In this document: in pieces, positions 14,725 to 44,116 of the stretch | Position numbering within the stretch: the first letter of the stretch is position 1 | Layout of the letters: each line of letters begins with the position of its first letter | DNA from: Chrysomallon squamiferum | Taxonomy: Eukaryota > Animalia > Mollusca | Reading direction: 5' to 3' | DNA length: 64,000 bases | Assembly: GCA_012295275.1 (NCBI GenBank) | Contig: CM022670.1 | Location: 24,304,001 to 24,368,000 of the forward strand | Translations under genes and position numbers: made by a program | The notes under the pieces: model-generated | The model's database searches: none | Told to the model about the DNA's origin: nothing | The model's input: the letters and a program-made list of their open reading frames with translations, nothing else

Positions 14725-16848
14725 GAAAAATATTTTTAATTAATGATTTAAGTCTGTTAAAACAAAAGAAAGAAGAAAAAAGAAAAAACCCACCCCATAG
14801 GCACACAAAATAACTATACACCTTTTTATGTATGTATATATATCGCTTTATGTAATGACGATGAAAGTAAGTAAAAATAAAGATTGTGAATACAAAACAA
14901 ATATTTTATTATCTGTTGGAAGAAATACAAATGGATGAGCTAATACATAAAAACAAATCACATTTTTTTTTTTTTTTTTTTTTTCTTTTTTTTTCTTTCT
15001 TTTTCTGCACAATTCATCTGGCGTTATCACTTTTCTTATAACACATTCAAACAAATCGCAGTTACAAACATTCAATTTATACATTTTCACAAAGATTCAT
15101 AATAATCCAAATAAATATACAAAAATCAAAATCCGAAATAATAATTTATTTAAATAAATAAAAACATGCATTAATTGTTAAAGCAGTACTTATCACGTAC
15201 TCAAAGACAGTATTGCTTCACTAAATTAATAACAAAACAATCTGTATAAATTAGATTATACAAATTAATGCTTCGTTTTACCAGTATTATGTCACTTCTC
15301 ATTCAAAGGCTGTTAATGGTTTGTATGTAGCTGGAAGCTGTCAGTCAAAGTACCTATAATATTATTTTTATATTTTGATTCGTTATAATCTCTAATTTGT
15401 ACTTGGTCTTAAACTATGTTTTACCTTTACTACAGTTAGTCGTAACTAAGAAAAATAGGCGTATGCTCATTTTAGATTTAGTCATGATGAAAATTATCAT
15501 TATTTACCTTTTTATAACACCTTGTCCTATTTTCTAGAGATTATGTCATGTTTATGTACTTATGCTCTATTATTAAGAAAAGTCTTAACCTGAAGGCCAT
15601 AAAAATTATTATTCTTATTCAAAACATTTTTGTAATGCAAAAAAAATTTCATTTGGACAGAAAGCAACGGTTTAAAAGAATTATGTTGTCATTATTAAAA
15701 CCAAAATATTTCATTTCGAAATAAATATCAGTTTAAAATTATTATATTATAATTGTCCTGCTATTTTTACGACAAGTAAGTATCTTGGACGAACCAAAAT
15801 TCATAAATGAATTAATAACTTCAGACAAGAGAAAAAATGGTTTCATGTTTACTAGCAGAACGTATTCTTAAAGCAGAATATTCTGTCTTCAGTATAAAAA
15901 GTACATATATAAAAATTAATCAGTAAACGAAAAAAAAAAAAATAATAATAATAATAAATCCTCTTTCTGGACAAATCGAGATATTAAAGTGTGCATCGAC
16001 AGACGATAAAGATTAAAAAATAGTACATATTAATGGTTTATTATAAATATTTAGTATTTTATGGTTATTGTAATCTTGTTATAATAATGACAGTTAAATA
16101 AAAGGCACACACCTATATACATTCACAACAAAGATAATGGGAAGAAAATGAAAATAATATGAAGACATTAACATATACGATCATTTCCTTTATACTGTCT
16201 ATATAAAGCTGATTTACTGAAGTAAGATAGTAAATAAGGTGTTTATAATCATTTAATAATGCAAAGTATATAATCTGAGACACTTCCTAAAATGTATTGA
16301 TTTTAAAATTAATTTTTTTTTTAGTTAATTAATTAATTTATTTATTGTATTTTTATTTTATTATTATTATTATTATTATTGTAAATATAGAAATCAGGGA
16401 ATAGTTTCATTGCAATGCTCTTTATAGTTAACATGTGACATCATAAAAATCACGATTATCGATAAATCATGGTCTTCAATTGATGTCATTGATTCAAAAT
16501 CATTGGTTGATTATTGGTAATTTACATAAAAAATATTTCAAAACGCATGTATTTTCAGACTTTTAAATACAAAAATGTTCTTCTTTGAAAACAGTTTTCG
16601 CTAAATACTACATCTAACATGCTGTATTTCAAATTATCTCTCTAGTTTGCAGCATTTGTACGTGATAAATTCGAAGGCTTAATGAAAGTGGAGATTCTCC
16701 AAATAATGGTAAGTGATTTAAATACATTGATTCTGTATAATCTTCACGAAGACCTTAAATTTAGTTCTGTTCACATTCTGTGTGCATCATTCTAAGAATT
16801 TCTTCTGGATTATCTGATCAAAGTGTACAATTTTCAGCTAAGAACATA

Positions 16849-20579
<3,731 letters not shown>

Positions 20580-20704
20580 CTTTGTTGATGGTTATATCGG
20601 CACAAATCTGAAAATAACGCTATCCTCATTAATATTGAACTTGGAGACATATCGATTTTTCTTTCTTCTAATCCAAGCCCTGAATGTGAATAAACAAACC
20701 GTAC

Positions 20705-20948
20705 CCGGTGTTTTATCAAATTTCTTTGTTTGGCACGTTACTGATAACGCAAATGGTTTGGCAACCTTGCTGTCAGATCAATGTTAAAAGATCCACAAAT
20801 ATTTTGTAATTTTCAGTAAGATCAAAGGTTTATTTTTACACTTGCGCGAATAAATTATTCTTTTACTCTTGGACATTTCGGAATTAAGCATCCGATACGT
20901 GTGTCAATGCTAGCTGAATCATATTTGCACGATCGTTGCAAACGGAAG
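20705..20948. promoter_or_regulatory. Probable bidirectional promoter and non-coding first exons of HSPA12 (-) and the MIEAP-domain gene (+)
   Basis: A minus-strand donor CCGG|GTACGG at ~20704 pairs with the acceptor at ~20608. A plus-strand donor GGAAG|GTAAGA at 20948 pairs with the acceptor TTTACAG at 21784. Both first exons therefore fit in about 245 bp; the interval is relatively CpG-rich, with TTGCGCGAA at ~20842. Confidence 0.6.
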
Positions 20949-21165
20949 GTAAGATTTAATTCAACTGATTTTTGTTTTTGTTTTTAAATTAATATTTTCT
21001 GGCCTTCTGCTCTGTCTTATTTAATCTGCCCAATTGTTTTTTTTTTATAATTTTAGCAGGCCTGTTAAGTAATATATATCCATGTACCTTCAACTGCATT
21101 TTAATATTTGTCGTTTTAAAATGTAACTGTCAGTAGAAACAACACTCTATGCTCAACACTTCACA

Positions 21166-21169
<4 letters not shown>

Positions 21170-21249
<80 letters not shown>
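21170..21249. repeat. (CT)n microsatellite
   Basis: Visible run. Confidence 0.95.
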
Positions 21250-21251
<2 letters not shown>

Positions 21252-21793
21252 TTAAGCATTTTGCTGGGTAAATGAATCTGTTTCTAAGCGTTACAATATT
21301 AAAGCAGAAAATGTTATTATTATTATTATTATTTAAATTGCAGACACATATACTCTTAAACCAATATTTCCCAGAAGATAACGATGACTATATTTGCCAT
21401 TATAAATTCAAAGTAATGTGTCATTTTATTGATTTTTATTTCTCCGCCTAATGCAGACGCCAATTCTATTTCAGCCATAGGCTAATTTTAGCACAACGTC
21501 TGCTTCTGTGAAATATATCCGACCACTGTAATTTCAAACAAAGCGGATCTTATTGTTTCTGATCCAGGTGTTCCTTGAAAATAGGCTGTTTAATTCTATT
21601 GATGGAGCTTAGGACATTAAGATCAAGATCTTGGAAATATACTGGACAAGACAGAAACAGAAAGATCGTGTGTCGATAATAGATATATGTATATGTAAGT
21701 GTGCGTGAATGTGTGTGCGTGTGCACACGCACAAGTCGACACTTTCTTTTCATTAACGTATTGTTTATAATGATGTATTTACAGGACTAAACT

Positions 21794-22991
21794 ATGAGCA
21801 AATCGAGTGAACACAAAAGTGATTTGGTTGCGGAGGCTCGTAACTTCAGTGCTAGCCTAGCCAACGTCTTCCTCATGAAGAAGCGAGACCCACAGACACA
21901 TCATCTGCTGGAGAAGGCGCAGTACCTCGTGGACGGCCTCCTGGCGGAAAACCAACGACTGTCAAACTCGGGCACACCCCGACATTCACGCAGTGGGGGT
22001 ATGGGCCAGCTGTGGGTGAAACTGGACGAACTGAAGCGCGAAAATGAGGATCTTCGGAAACACGTTGGTAGAGGACAACATGAAGAAAGGGGAACGCCCA
22101 CCAAAACTACTGGTATGAAATATAAATTTAAAAAGAAAAAAAAAAAAAATTCAAGTTCATCGGCTTTGTTTTTAATTTTAGCTATATATTAAAAACACAA
22201 AACATGTACATATGTCTAGCACTGGGGAGGATATATTATGAAGCTAATGAAACTTGCGGTTCAGGGCACCTTAACTAAGACAGTCTCCAGAAGCATCTTT
22301 AATTCACTTGACTACAACATTTTAATCAAAATCTGAGATGTGGCTACATTTTTAAAATCTGTTACGAAACAAGCCACAGAAGAAAACCAAGTTTCAGAGC
22401 GCCACAATTTGAGGTCTGCTACTGGACATGCTGTGTGTGTAATCTAAAAAACTTAATTATTTCAATTTTGGAGAACATTTTGCTTTCTGATACAACTTGT
22501 CCTTTGTACTGTAGGTAACATTTTGTAATTTCTATAAAAACATTATTATTTAGAAATTCTTTTAGCTAATCTTTTCATTATGTTGTAATAATCATCATCA
22601 TCAATGAAATGTTGCCTTTCACAGTCATCGTCTAATTATTAAAATATTATGTCCAGGTCAGGGGTCAAATGATATAGGTATACTCAAAGCGGATTTACAA
22701 CGAGCAAAGAACGAGTACGAATGTCTGAAACAGCAGAACGAGAAGCTGCACAAGACGGAGAAAGAGCTGCAGACGATCAACAGCAATTTGCGGGACGAGT
22801 GCAGACGACTCAAGACGGCGCTCGACGTGTCCCAGAAAGCAGCAGAAAAAGCGAGAACAGATTTGAAAAACCTAGAAACCAGTCTCTCCTCGGTCAAAAC
22901 CGAAAATGAATCACTGAAACAAAAGTATGAACGAAAATTTTGGGAACGCAGTCATTGTTATAGATATAAATGACAAACTGAAACGAGTTCC

Positions 22992-23027
<36 letters not shown>

Positions 23028-23595
23028 TTTTAAATTTTTTTTTTTAAATAATAATATTAATAAAATAAAATAAAATAAATCAAATACAGATAAAAGGAGC
23101 ATAATAATGTCTGAAAAATAACTATGTTTTAATAATAACTACAACAAAATGAATATTAAACACCTTAAGAATATATTCACTAGTTTTGTAAAAAACCCAA
23201 ACGTACTGTTGATATTTATAAATATTTTATATCTTTCCACTCGAGCTATAAAATGATTTCTCTCTTTAAGACTAACGAGTAGCGTGAAGCCGAGACAAAG
23301 AACGGATAATCGGCTGACAGAGAACATCAACGAAAGATGTCGCCCTAGTGTGATAGCCGTGAAGTACAACACGATGGAGAGCCAGGAGTGGGTGGACGCT
23401 AAGGAAAGCCTGGAAGACAGCACGGGGCAGGACGAGGAAGAAATAGTCAGGTTCCTGTGTGCGGCGGTTATGGTAAATAATCGATAAGGATCTTGATACC
23501 GAACAAGGTTCACGCACGTGGATCGCTAACATTAATCTAGTTGGTGACTCATTCGGACCTGTTATCGTTTCTGATTTACAGTTCATCTCTCTCAT

Positions 23596-23681
<86 letters not shown>

Positions 23682-24354
23682 ATACTGAATACGTTTTTTT
23701 CTTCTTTGTTTTCCACTTTAAATTAATTTTCACATTAAATCATAATTTACGAATGCGAAAAGTCTTTCTTTTTTCTTTTTCTTTTCTTTTTAATTGTTAC
23801 GATTTTTAACCTTGCTTTAAAATCGGTCTGGTCATTGATCAGCGTGTTTTATAAAAATCTTCTCATAATCAAAATTCAACAATATCCATACATTTTACAA
23901 CTGATACTAATAATTTAAATACATATATATCATTATATATCAACTTTTAGTTTTAGAATTAATGTTCACAATATAGTTCTTGAAAACGTTAAGAAAAACA
24001 GTAATTAAAACTACTTAATTCTTTTGCTTTATCACATTTTCATTGCATGGATGTTTTTTTTTGTATTTAAAAATAAAAATAAATCTGATTTTAACAATTT
24101 CCAAATCTGACAAAACAGATAATGTTTTATTCTTTTGTACCCCAACTATCATTTTATTTGTTTCAGGCGTCATATGAGACATCATTAGACATCTACCAGA
24201 ATCTGGAATTAGCTATAGCAGAGCTGCTGAGGAATCCAACACTGGCTGTATGTACTACATAAAGATTTGCTTATTTAGCTTATTAAAGGTTGAAATTATT
24301 TGGAAAATGTTTATATAATTAATGAAAGAAGCTTTTCAAAAAACTTAATGTAAA

Positions 24355-24390
<36 letters not shown>

Positions 24391-25292
24391 GGACAATAAT
24401 TATTGTTAATTCAGTTCAGTTTGTAAATTTATTTACATTGATGTATAGGTTTATTAAAAATGTATGTTAAAAAGATATTCCCTTGAAATACAATAAGAGT
24501 GCATGGAACTTGGGAGGATAATCCATTGGACTGTTTCCAGTTGAAGACAGTGTTTAAAATGATAATAATTAAATTGCAGATGGCTATCACACGAGATATT
24601 GCTAGGGATCTCCCTCAACTTCCAGAGGAAATGACAGACGCAATACGCTTCCGATTACGACAGACGTTTGAACACATAAATACTGAAGCTTTTTCTGAGG
24701 TGAGTAATAGATAATTAAAATATCACAATGAAAAATTAATTATTTCTATGGAAACATGTTCATAAATGAACTATAAATTATGCATTAAACTGGAAATAGA
24801 TTTTAGTTTTATAAAAGATAAATTTTTCATATTAAAGAAAAGATTCATTTTCATTACTAGTATTATTGTTATTATTATGTAATGGTGCCACCCCCTTCTC
24901 CGTTTCCTGAAATTCTACTTTGATCTCTTGAGCACACCTTTTATTTTTATTAATGACAGATATTAAAATATTACACAATTTACACATCTGCCTTTCAGCT
25001 TGTTAAATATTCCCTCAGTGCTGAATTCAGTGACAGTGCTAAACACATTTCCAGACACAAGTCAGTGAACCAGTTCCTCAAGGAAAGTATTCGTTTGACG
25101 TGGCAGATGGTGATCCAGAAACCACCAATGAAACTTTCAACACAGGACATCACATTTGATGATGAAAAGCACAAGTTGTGGTGGTCATGTGATCAGTCAC
25201 ATGCAAAGACAATTGATTACTTTATCTGGCCGGTTCTCAAAGACTATGAAAACGGTGCTATAATGGTGAAGGGTTGTGTTTATGCAAGCTGA
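21794..25292 (+). CDS. Coiled-coil protein with MIEAP (mitochondria-eating protein/SPATA18-like) C-terminal domain, 427 aa
   Basis: Exons 21794-22112, 22657-22924, 23271-23472, 24167-24247, 24580-24699 and 24999-25292 total 1284 nt in frame. Heptad-rich N-half, then ENINERCRPSVIAVKYNTMESQEWVDAKESL and a C-terminus SIRLTWQMVIQKPPMKL...FDDEKHK...IDYFIWPVLKDYENGAIMVKGCVYA, which I recognise as the MIEAP-domain pattern (no HMM run). Confidence 0.8.
23598..23677. repeat. (CT)n microsatellite
   Basis: Visible run; source of the SLSLSL ORFs. Confidence 0.95.
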
Positions 25293-27381
25293 AGTTATGC
25301 AGTTTTTTTAAAATTACATCAAAAAAAATATGGGGAAAAAAGTCTCTTGATAATTTAAGCTTTAATTAATAGATATAGATATAGGTATCTGTATATCTGT
25401 ATCTATATAATTTTTTTAATTTTAATTTTTTTTATTAATTTGCTGAAATGCTACAGATGTGGAAGTAATTTGTGAGAATCTAACAGTTTTCTGCCACAAA
25501 TTTGTATTTATAATTTGCAGCACTGCCATATAGCTTACAAAACATCTTTTTTTTTAAAATCAATATATTGTGATATTTGTTTCATTTCTGGTTTCACTCG
25601 TTTCATAATAAATTTGATATTCATGTCTTTTTGACTTTCTTACATAATTTGTTTTCTAAATAACCATTTTTAATCCCAATACACTACCTACAAATCCACA
25701 CAAGAGTCTGTTAACTGGCTAAATGTTTACTGGAACTGTATCCATAGGCAATGGAGGATCATGATGTGGGGTTTCTTAGTTAATAATGAACTGGTACTAA
25801 ATAAAGACAGAATAAATGAACCTGTTTGATAATACTTCAGCAGAAAAAATATTCACTGCAGCTGAATGTTATTTGTTACTGTTTTGATAAACAACAGACC
25901 CAAATGTGCACTGGAATGGTTTATTTATGGTATACAGGTAATGCATACATAGAAAAGCATCTATTAGTTTTGTTATATGATTTTCAGACAGCCACTGATG
26001 ATTAACTTCCAATTAATTAACATTTATTATTAGGTAATTATGTCAAAGTGAAACAATTTTAAAACTCTTTAAATATATATATATATATATTTTTTAATAA
26101 TTATTAGTTGAATGAATTTTGTGACCATCAGATACTATTAGATATATTAAAAGGTACAGAAATATATGAAAATATAATTTGTTAATAAATCAGCCATTTA
26201 CTATATCATATATAAAATATTAAGTGAAATTAAGTTAAAGTGTATCTGAAAAATAATTTTAGGAAAGTGAGAACTAAAAAAACTGCAGCAGCTAGAAAAT
26301 AAATTTTTCTTACTCAAGCTTTTTATAAAAATTTAACTTTTTAATCCTGACAAGCAAACATAAAATAGATGTTAATAAGAGCACAAAGTGAAACAATACT
26401 TAACATCAGACAAAGCAAAACAAAATTGATTTTTCAACCTGGTCTCTGAAACAGAAATACTGCTTCTCAGTGGAATTCTTCTAAAACATTTCTTATATTA
26501 AATTTCTAACAAAGTTATTTCAAATCTACAAATTACAATGACCAAAAAAAAAAAAAAAACCACTCCCGAAATATTTTTTTAAGGGAATTATTTGTGAAAG
26601 CCCATTATACATATATATATATATTTTATCGATTATCTTCTTAATGGTTTACAGTTTGTTAGGTTTTTTGGCCAATTTAGTAATTATGATTTGATTCAAA
26701 GCAGAATAAATTTTTATAATAATAAGTCTGAAGATCTGAAACATATTGCAATATGTCTTAAAGGCCAATGAACTGTCATGTGTGATTATATTTAAAACAA
26801 AGAGGACATTTAAGAAAAGCATGTGTTTATTTTTAAACAAATTAAATTTTTCTAATACTAATTTTAAAAAAGAAATTATACAACAAGTGTGATCTTAAGT
26901 TTAGTGATTTAACAGTGGACAACTGAAATTTATAGCAAAACATGCAAATAGCAGTAAAATTTGTAAATCACTTTAATCAAAACACTCTTTATTAAAGCAA
27001 GGTACAAACAGAAAAACCAAACAGGCGTTTTTAAAAAATATATTTATAATTGAGAAGACTAGGATTTTTTTAATAACATAATACTATTGTAAGCAAACAG
27101 TTGAACAAACAAGCTTATAAACATATCTAAATTACACAAAATATACTATAAAAAATGCAGCATGATTTGTGAAACACTATTCTAATTGTACTATGTACTA
27201 ATTGTACATTGTCAAAAGCACTATAAAATGTACCATGATTTAAAAGAAATATATATTATTACAATGTAATGATATTCATCTCACCTTTTATTGGGCGATT
27301 TTAAAGATACAAAAACAAATATATAAATTCAGGCTTAATGAGAAAATCAGAATCTAATAAAATGTTTGAAATGATTATTGC

Positions 27382-27422
<41 letters not shown>

Positions 27423-28756
27423 TCATTATAATAATTGTACACTACTTTTCAAAAAATAATATGTGACATTAAAACTGTTTATAAAAGAAAATTAACAGAC
27501 ATTAACAACTTCACTCATTTCCCCCTTTTTTTTTTTTTTTTTTTTTTAAAGTGACATCATTTAAGGCACTTTTGGCTGGGTTTCCCCCCCCAGTCAATAT
27601 AAAGAACAAACAAATGATTTTAATACATTACTGGAATGTGTTCTTCTTTGGTGAATGATAATTAGCCAGAATGTCTATCTCTTTTTACCTTTTTCACTTA
27701 AAACTATATTACTATCATTTTGTTCATCAGTATGTCAAATTAATCATATGTCATCATTAAGTAGAAAATCTAATAAAAGTTATCGATAAGTAAATATAAA
27801 AATGTAAGAAAAATATAATCGTAATGATCCTGTTCACAGCGTACAAAAAATATATATTTGGTTTTTCATAGGGGTTTTGTAATGTACATTTGTGGTGGAG
27901 CAATGGTATATATACTGATCAGTCTTGACATTATGGTTATTTGGTGCTACTTTCAAACAGCTAGTTCTATTTACACTGGACAGTCAGTCTGCTATGTATA
28001 TATATATATATATATATCTATATATATATGTGTGTGTGTGTATGTGTATGAAAATTAATGAACACTAATTTTATTGCATTTATTTAGGCTGACATGGTAA
28101 CAATTCATCAATAAAGGCAAGTATATTTTTTCTCTCTTTCTCGTTTAAGGTAACAAAAAAAAAAAAGCAATTTTATATTACTCTTTAGTGTGTGTATGTG
28201 TATGTTAATTTTATAACCAACAGTTATAAAAAGTGAAGACATCTGTAGATAAATTTTATCATTTGCAGGATTTTCATGCCATGTTGTAATGTATTTATTT
28301 AATGCTGGTATTTTTATGCCTTTTATTTAACAGCATATGAATTACTTTCAATGAATTTTTCAGTAAGAATATTCAAGAAAGTTTGATTAAACATGTATAC
28401 ACCTTAAAATTCCAACAGCAACAGCTGAAGGAATTAAAAATGTTAATTTACTCAAGTTAGGACAACTGAAAAGTGTCATTGCCTAAACTGAACAAGCTGC
28501 CTTTATATACTGAAGATATGTTACATGTAAATAATTGTTACATGATAAACATGGCATATGTGGAAGAGTTAATATGAATGTGTCAGTTACTAGTAACAGA
28601 AAAAAAGCAGTAGCAAAATGACTGTCCATTCCATAACATTTTGTAATTAAGATTCACTAAGCTGCACTGTCAGCATCAGGATATATCAAAGTGTGGCACA
28701 GAAGCTGTTAAAAATCACACAGAACTGTCATCAGTACTTTCAGTGAATCTGTGTCC

Positions 28757-40129
<11,373 letters not shown>

Positions 40130-42383
40130 TTTTCACAGATGTGATTAACAGTAATTACTTGCTGTTCTGAAATATAAATATGTCAAACAATTATTAAAAG
40201 AACAAAACAGTTTATTTAACACACAACACTTTTTTAAATTTTAAATTTATATGAAAATACACAAAATTATTGTTAAGGAGAGCAGAGTAGAGATGAAATC
40301 TTCTGCTGTTTTTTTAATTTGGAATCTTTTATGTGGATCTTTTTCAGAGACAAACTGATCCAGCAATTTCATTGTTTGTTTTCTTCTCGTTAAGTAACTA
40401 ATATTAATACTTTTTATTTCCAACCAGTGCAGATTTCAAGATTCTATCAAGATCTTTCATATGCAGTCTTGACAATATTATAGTTTAATAATATTCATTA
40501 TTATTAAGAATTTTATAATTAATAGTAAGCATTAATTCATTCAACTTGCTGTTCCAGATTAAAACAAAGAAACAGATCAAGATAGACATATTTTGGAAAG
40601 ACTATAGTTACATCACTGTGCATTTTTGTTTTCATTTTTACATTGAATTTAAAAAAAAAAAAAAAAAAAATAAATATTAAAATCAGATTAAAAAAAATAT
40701 TCGCATTGTGATTTGTGATACTGCTATGACAGTATTTAACACACCCTACTAAACTTTATGATCAATCTTTTGGTGTTTATGTATTAAACAGTCTATGAAA
40801 GCAATATATATTCTGATTCATAACAGATCTGTCTGGACTGAATTTATGAGCTGTTTTGCAAAGTTTATGCAGTTTGTAGGTATTGTTAATTTAAATTAAC
40901 CTTTGTATTTTTAGTGTGGTGAGTGTGCCTATATATTTCAATCTGGCCAGAACAACCTTTTTTTTTTTTTTTTAACCTTATAAAAAAAAAAAAAAAAAAT
41001 CCTATTGTTCTATTAATTATCTCAGATTATCCTAATATTTCAGGTAATCACACCAAATATGACATAATCCTGGATGAACAGTTAATTGAATCAAAACTTC
41101 ATTTTACATAAAACATTAAATGCCAATTATATACAAAATATGGATTGGTAATCTAATAATAAATAAATAAATAAATAAAAAATAAAAAAAGCTAATTGTA
41201 ATATAATCTGTTATGTATTTTTGGAAAATCATCAAAATTCTTCCCAGTTCCCAGTCTTATTGGAACTGCAGTGACACAATATGACATGTTGATAGGATCA
41301 GTGGGCATACAGCTCATCCAGTGTGCCACTGTAACATCTCCACTGTACACACAGAAACAGGAAATTTTTCACATTTTGTAACTCAGTTTAAGCTAACAGT
41401 GACTGCCATGACAGGATGTTATACAAGCCTGAGTGAATCTTTCCAGGATGGTTACAACATGGAAGCAATTTAATTATGTTTAATACTCTGCCGTTTATTT
41501 TATTTTATTTTATAATGGTTGCATGTGTATGCATGTGTTCATGTGTTTTATAAAAGAAAATGAATAACATGTACAATCAATTTGTGTCACATTTTGGCTA
41601 ACATTAGGTTGAGAAGAAGGAGAAAGATTATTATAAATACTTTCAATAATATATTTTCTATAGCATTACATGCTGTGAACTGTTCAAGCCTTGAACAATA
41701 AAGAATACAAGGTTTGTTGCCAGTGTTTAAAACACATCACTCACCAAATGCACGCCATATCCAATGTGCATGCAATGCATTAATTATCAGTGCATTTTGT
41801 TCATACTGTATGTATCTGGTGAATAACATGTGTACACATTATTTGCACAAACCAGCTACTTTAACAATTTCTGTCTAGACCTGGGATAAATGACAAGCCT
41901 TTATGCTGTGGACCAAATAGCCAACATTGATCTACAATTTCCCACAGATGTTGCATCTTAGCCTTCACCATAAAGCATTAGATGCAAAAAAAAAAAAAAA
42001 TGATCAATATACAAAACGTTAAAAAAACACATGTGTACAGACTGATATACATACCTGTGTGAACCAAGCAGCAAAACAGTATGTGGATTATGTTATTGAA
42101 TTTTACAGCCAACACCAGAGTAAGCACACTTCCTGAATTTGACCAGAGGTGTAACAAATACACTGTGTGTCGCGATATGCCCAGCTGACCACCGATGGTT
42201 GACAAAACCCAGTGTGGTACAACACCGAACAATTCAGATTCAGGATGCAAACACACTGATTTAAATATATAATTTTGTTATCTGACTACACAGAATGATT
42301 TACAGCGAGGAAGACTGGAATTACATAAATAGATATGTATTTTTAAATATGTCTGGACATCTCTTACACTCTGCATTTAGAAC

Positions 42384-42426
<43 letters not shown>

Positions 42427-44036
42427 AAGATACTAATTTAGATGCATTATTTTTAATGGATTTTATATCTGGATATATTCTGGACATATCTTATGAATGC
42501 AGTGGCTATAGATATACATATTATACTTGTAGTTATTTTTGCATCACTGCATATTTAGATTCATGAAATACAGATATGTAAGATTTGTATATGTGTACAT
42601 TTATAACTATTTTGAAAAAGGAGAATAGAAACAATCTTAGTTTATACTTGTTATAAGATTCTTCTGCATGTGCGCAGTGTTTTATCTTTTGACTAATTTT
42701 GGTTTTATGGGTGTGTTACTGAATATATATAAAAAGGATTAAAACAAGTTTTAAAAACAAAATTAATTAAGAAAGCCAATCAAAAATGATTTCAGTAAAT
42801 CTAAATTTGAAAAAAAAAAAAAAAAAGACTACCATAACAGACAAAATTTTAAAATTTTCATTTAAGTAAAAATATTATATAATACAAAGGTTTTAAGCTC
42901 TATTTATGGAATTTATGTTTTTAAAAAATAAGAAATGTGACACTGGAAATTAATTTTTATACAAGATGGGATGAAGTATATTTGTGATTATTATAACTGG
43001 AGTTGTATCTGGATTCAAATGTTTAGTCCATTTGAAATATATGAGATAAACCCAAGAACTGATCCTTATTTTCATTCAAATAAAAAAAAAAAAAAAAAAA
43101 AAAATATACATTAAAACAATAGTAATGAAAGTTCTTAAATTAAACATTAAATATTATTGTAAATTAAGTTGAAATAAGCATCACTGAAAAATGGTAACCA
43201 GGATAATACATTTGGTGAAATGAATCTTTAGAATGAATCACACCACCAATCACATGAAAAATGGCATTTTGCTTGAAACAAAACAAAACAAAAACTGTTA
43301 TAACCTGAATTTATTTGGCTACATAAATCTAATTAATAAATTGCTTGTTCAGAAGTAGTGCATCATTTAGGCCATTATCTATTCAAAACTTTGGGTTAAA
43401 TCAAAAGATTTGGTATTTTGTCATATATTAATTAGTTCAGGTCTTGATGTTTTTCTTGGTAATGGGATACATTCCAATCATTATTCACATATTTAACTTG
43501 TAAGACAAACATCTCTGTAAAGCAAGTGATTTAGAAATACAGTTCAATCACAACCAACAACTTGCTTCTACTTTTAACACATCCTCAGCATCCCAGATGG
43601 AAAATAATAAAACAACTTTAACACAAGTGTTGAACAGACCTTTAAAACCTTCCACCAAAGAAAAAATAACCCATTTTGATGAAATACAGACCTCACCATT
43701 TTAAAAAAAAATTTATGGATGAATGATTTTAATTACAATTTTCAAAGATACAGATATTGTATAGTAAAAAATAAAAAAAAATCTCTGATTGTTAAAAATC
43801 TGATCTGTGTCATGGGACTGTTAGAGGGTGAACTTCCTGTTTGAAGAGGTTACAGTACTGTTCACTTGTGTTGTGATGTCAAGTACTTTGTACAGTAATT
43901 CAAGCAGAAGTAATTTATCTCTCTTGATGCTTCTTCCCTACAGGAAAAATTATCACAAAACACTCTACTAAACAACAATACCTGAAACATGACAGTCATT
44001 TGATTTATTCACCATTTACTGCAGCTAGGTTTTTAA

Positions 44037-44037
44037 T

Positions 44038-44109
<72 letters not shown>

Positions 44110-44116
44110 AATAATA
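44037..44116. repeat. (AAC)n microsatellite
   Basis: Visible run. Confidence 0.95.

Noticed and set aside
41978-42256. 92-aa minus-strand ORF
   Set aside because: No recognisable domain; more likely a non-coding exon.
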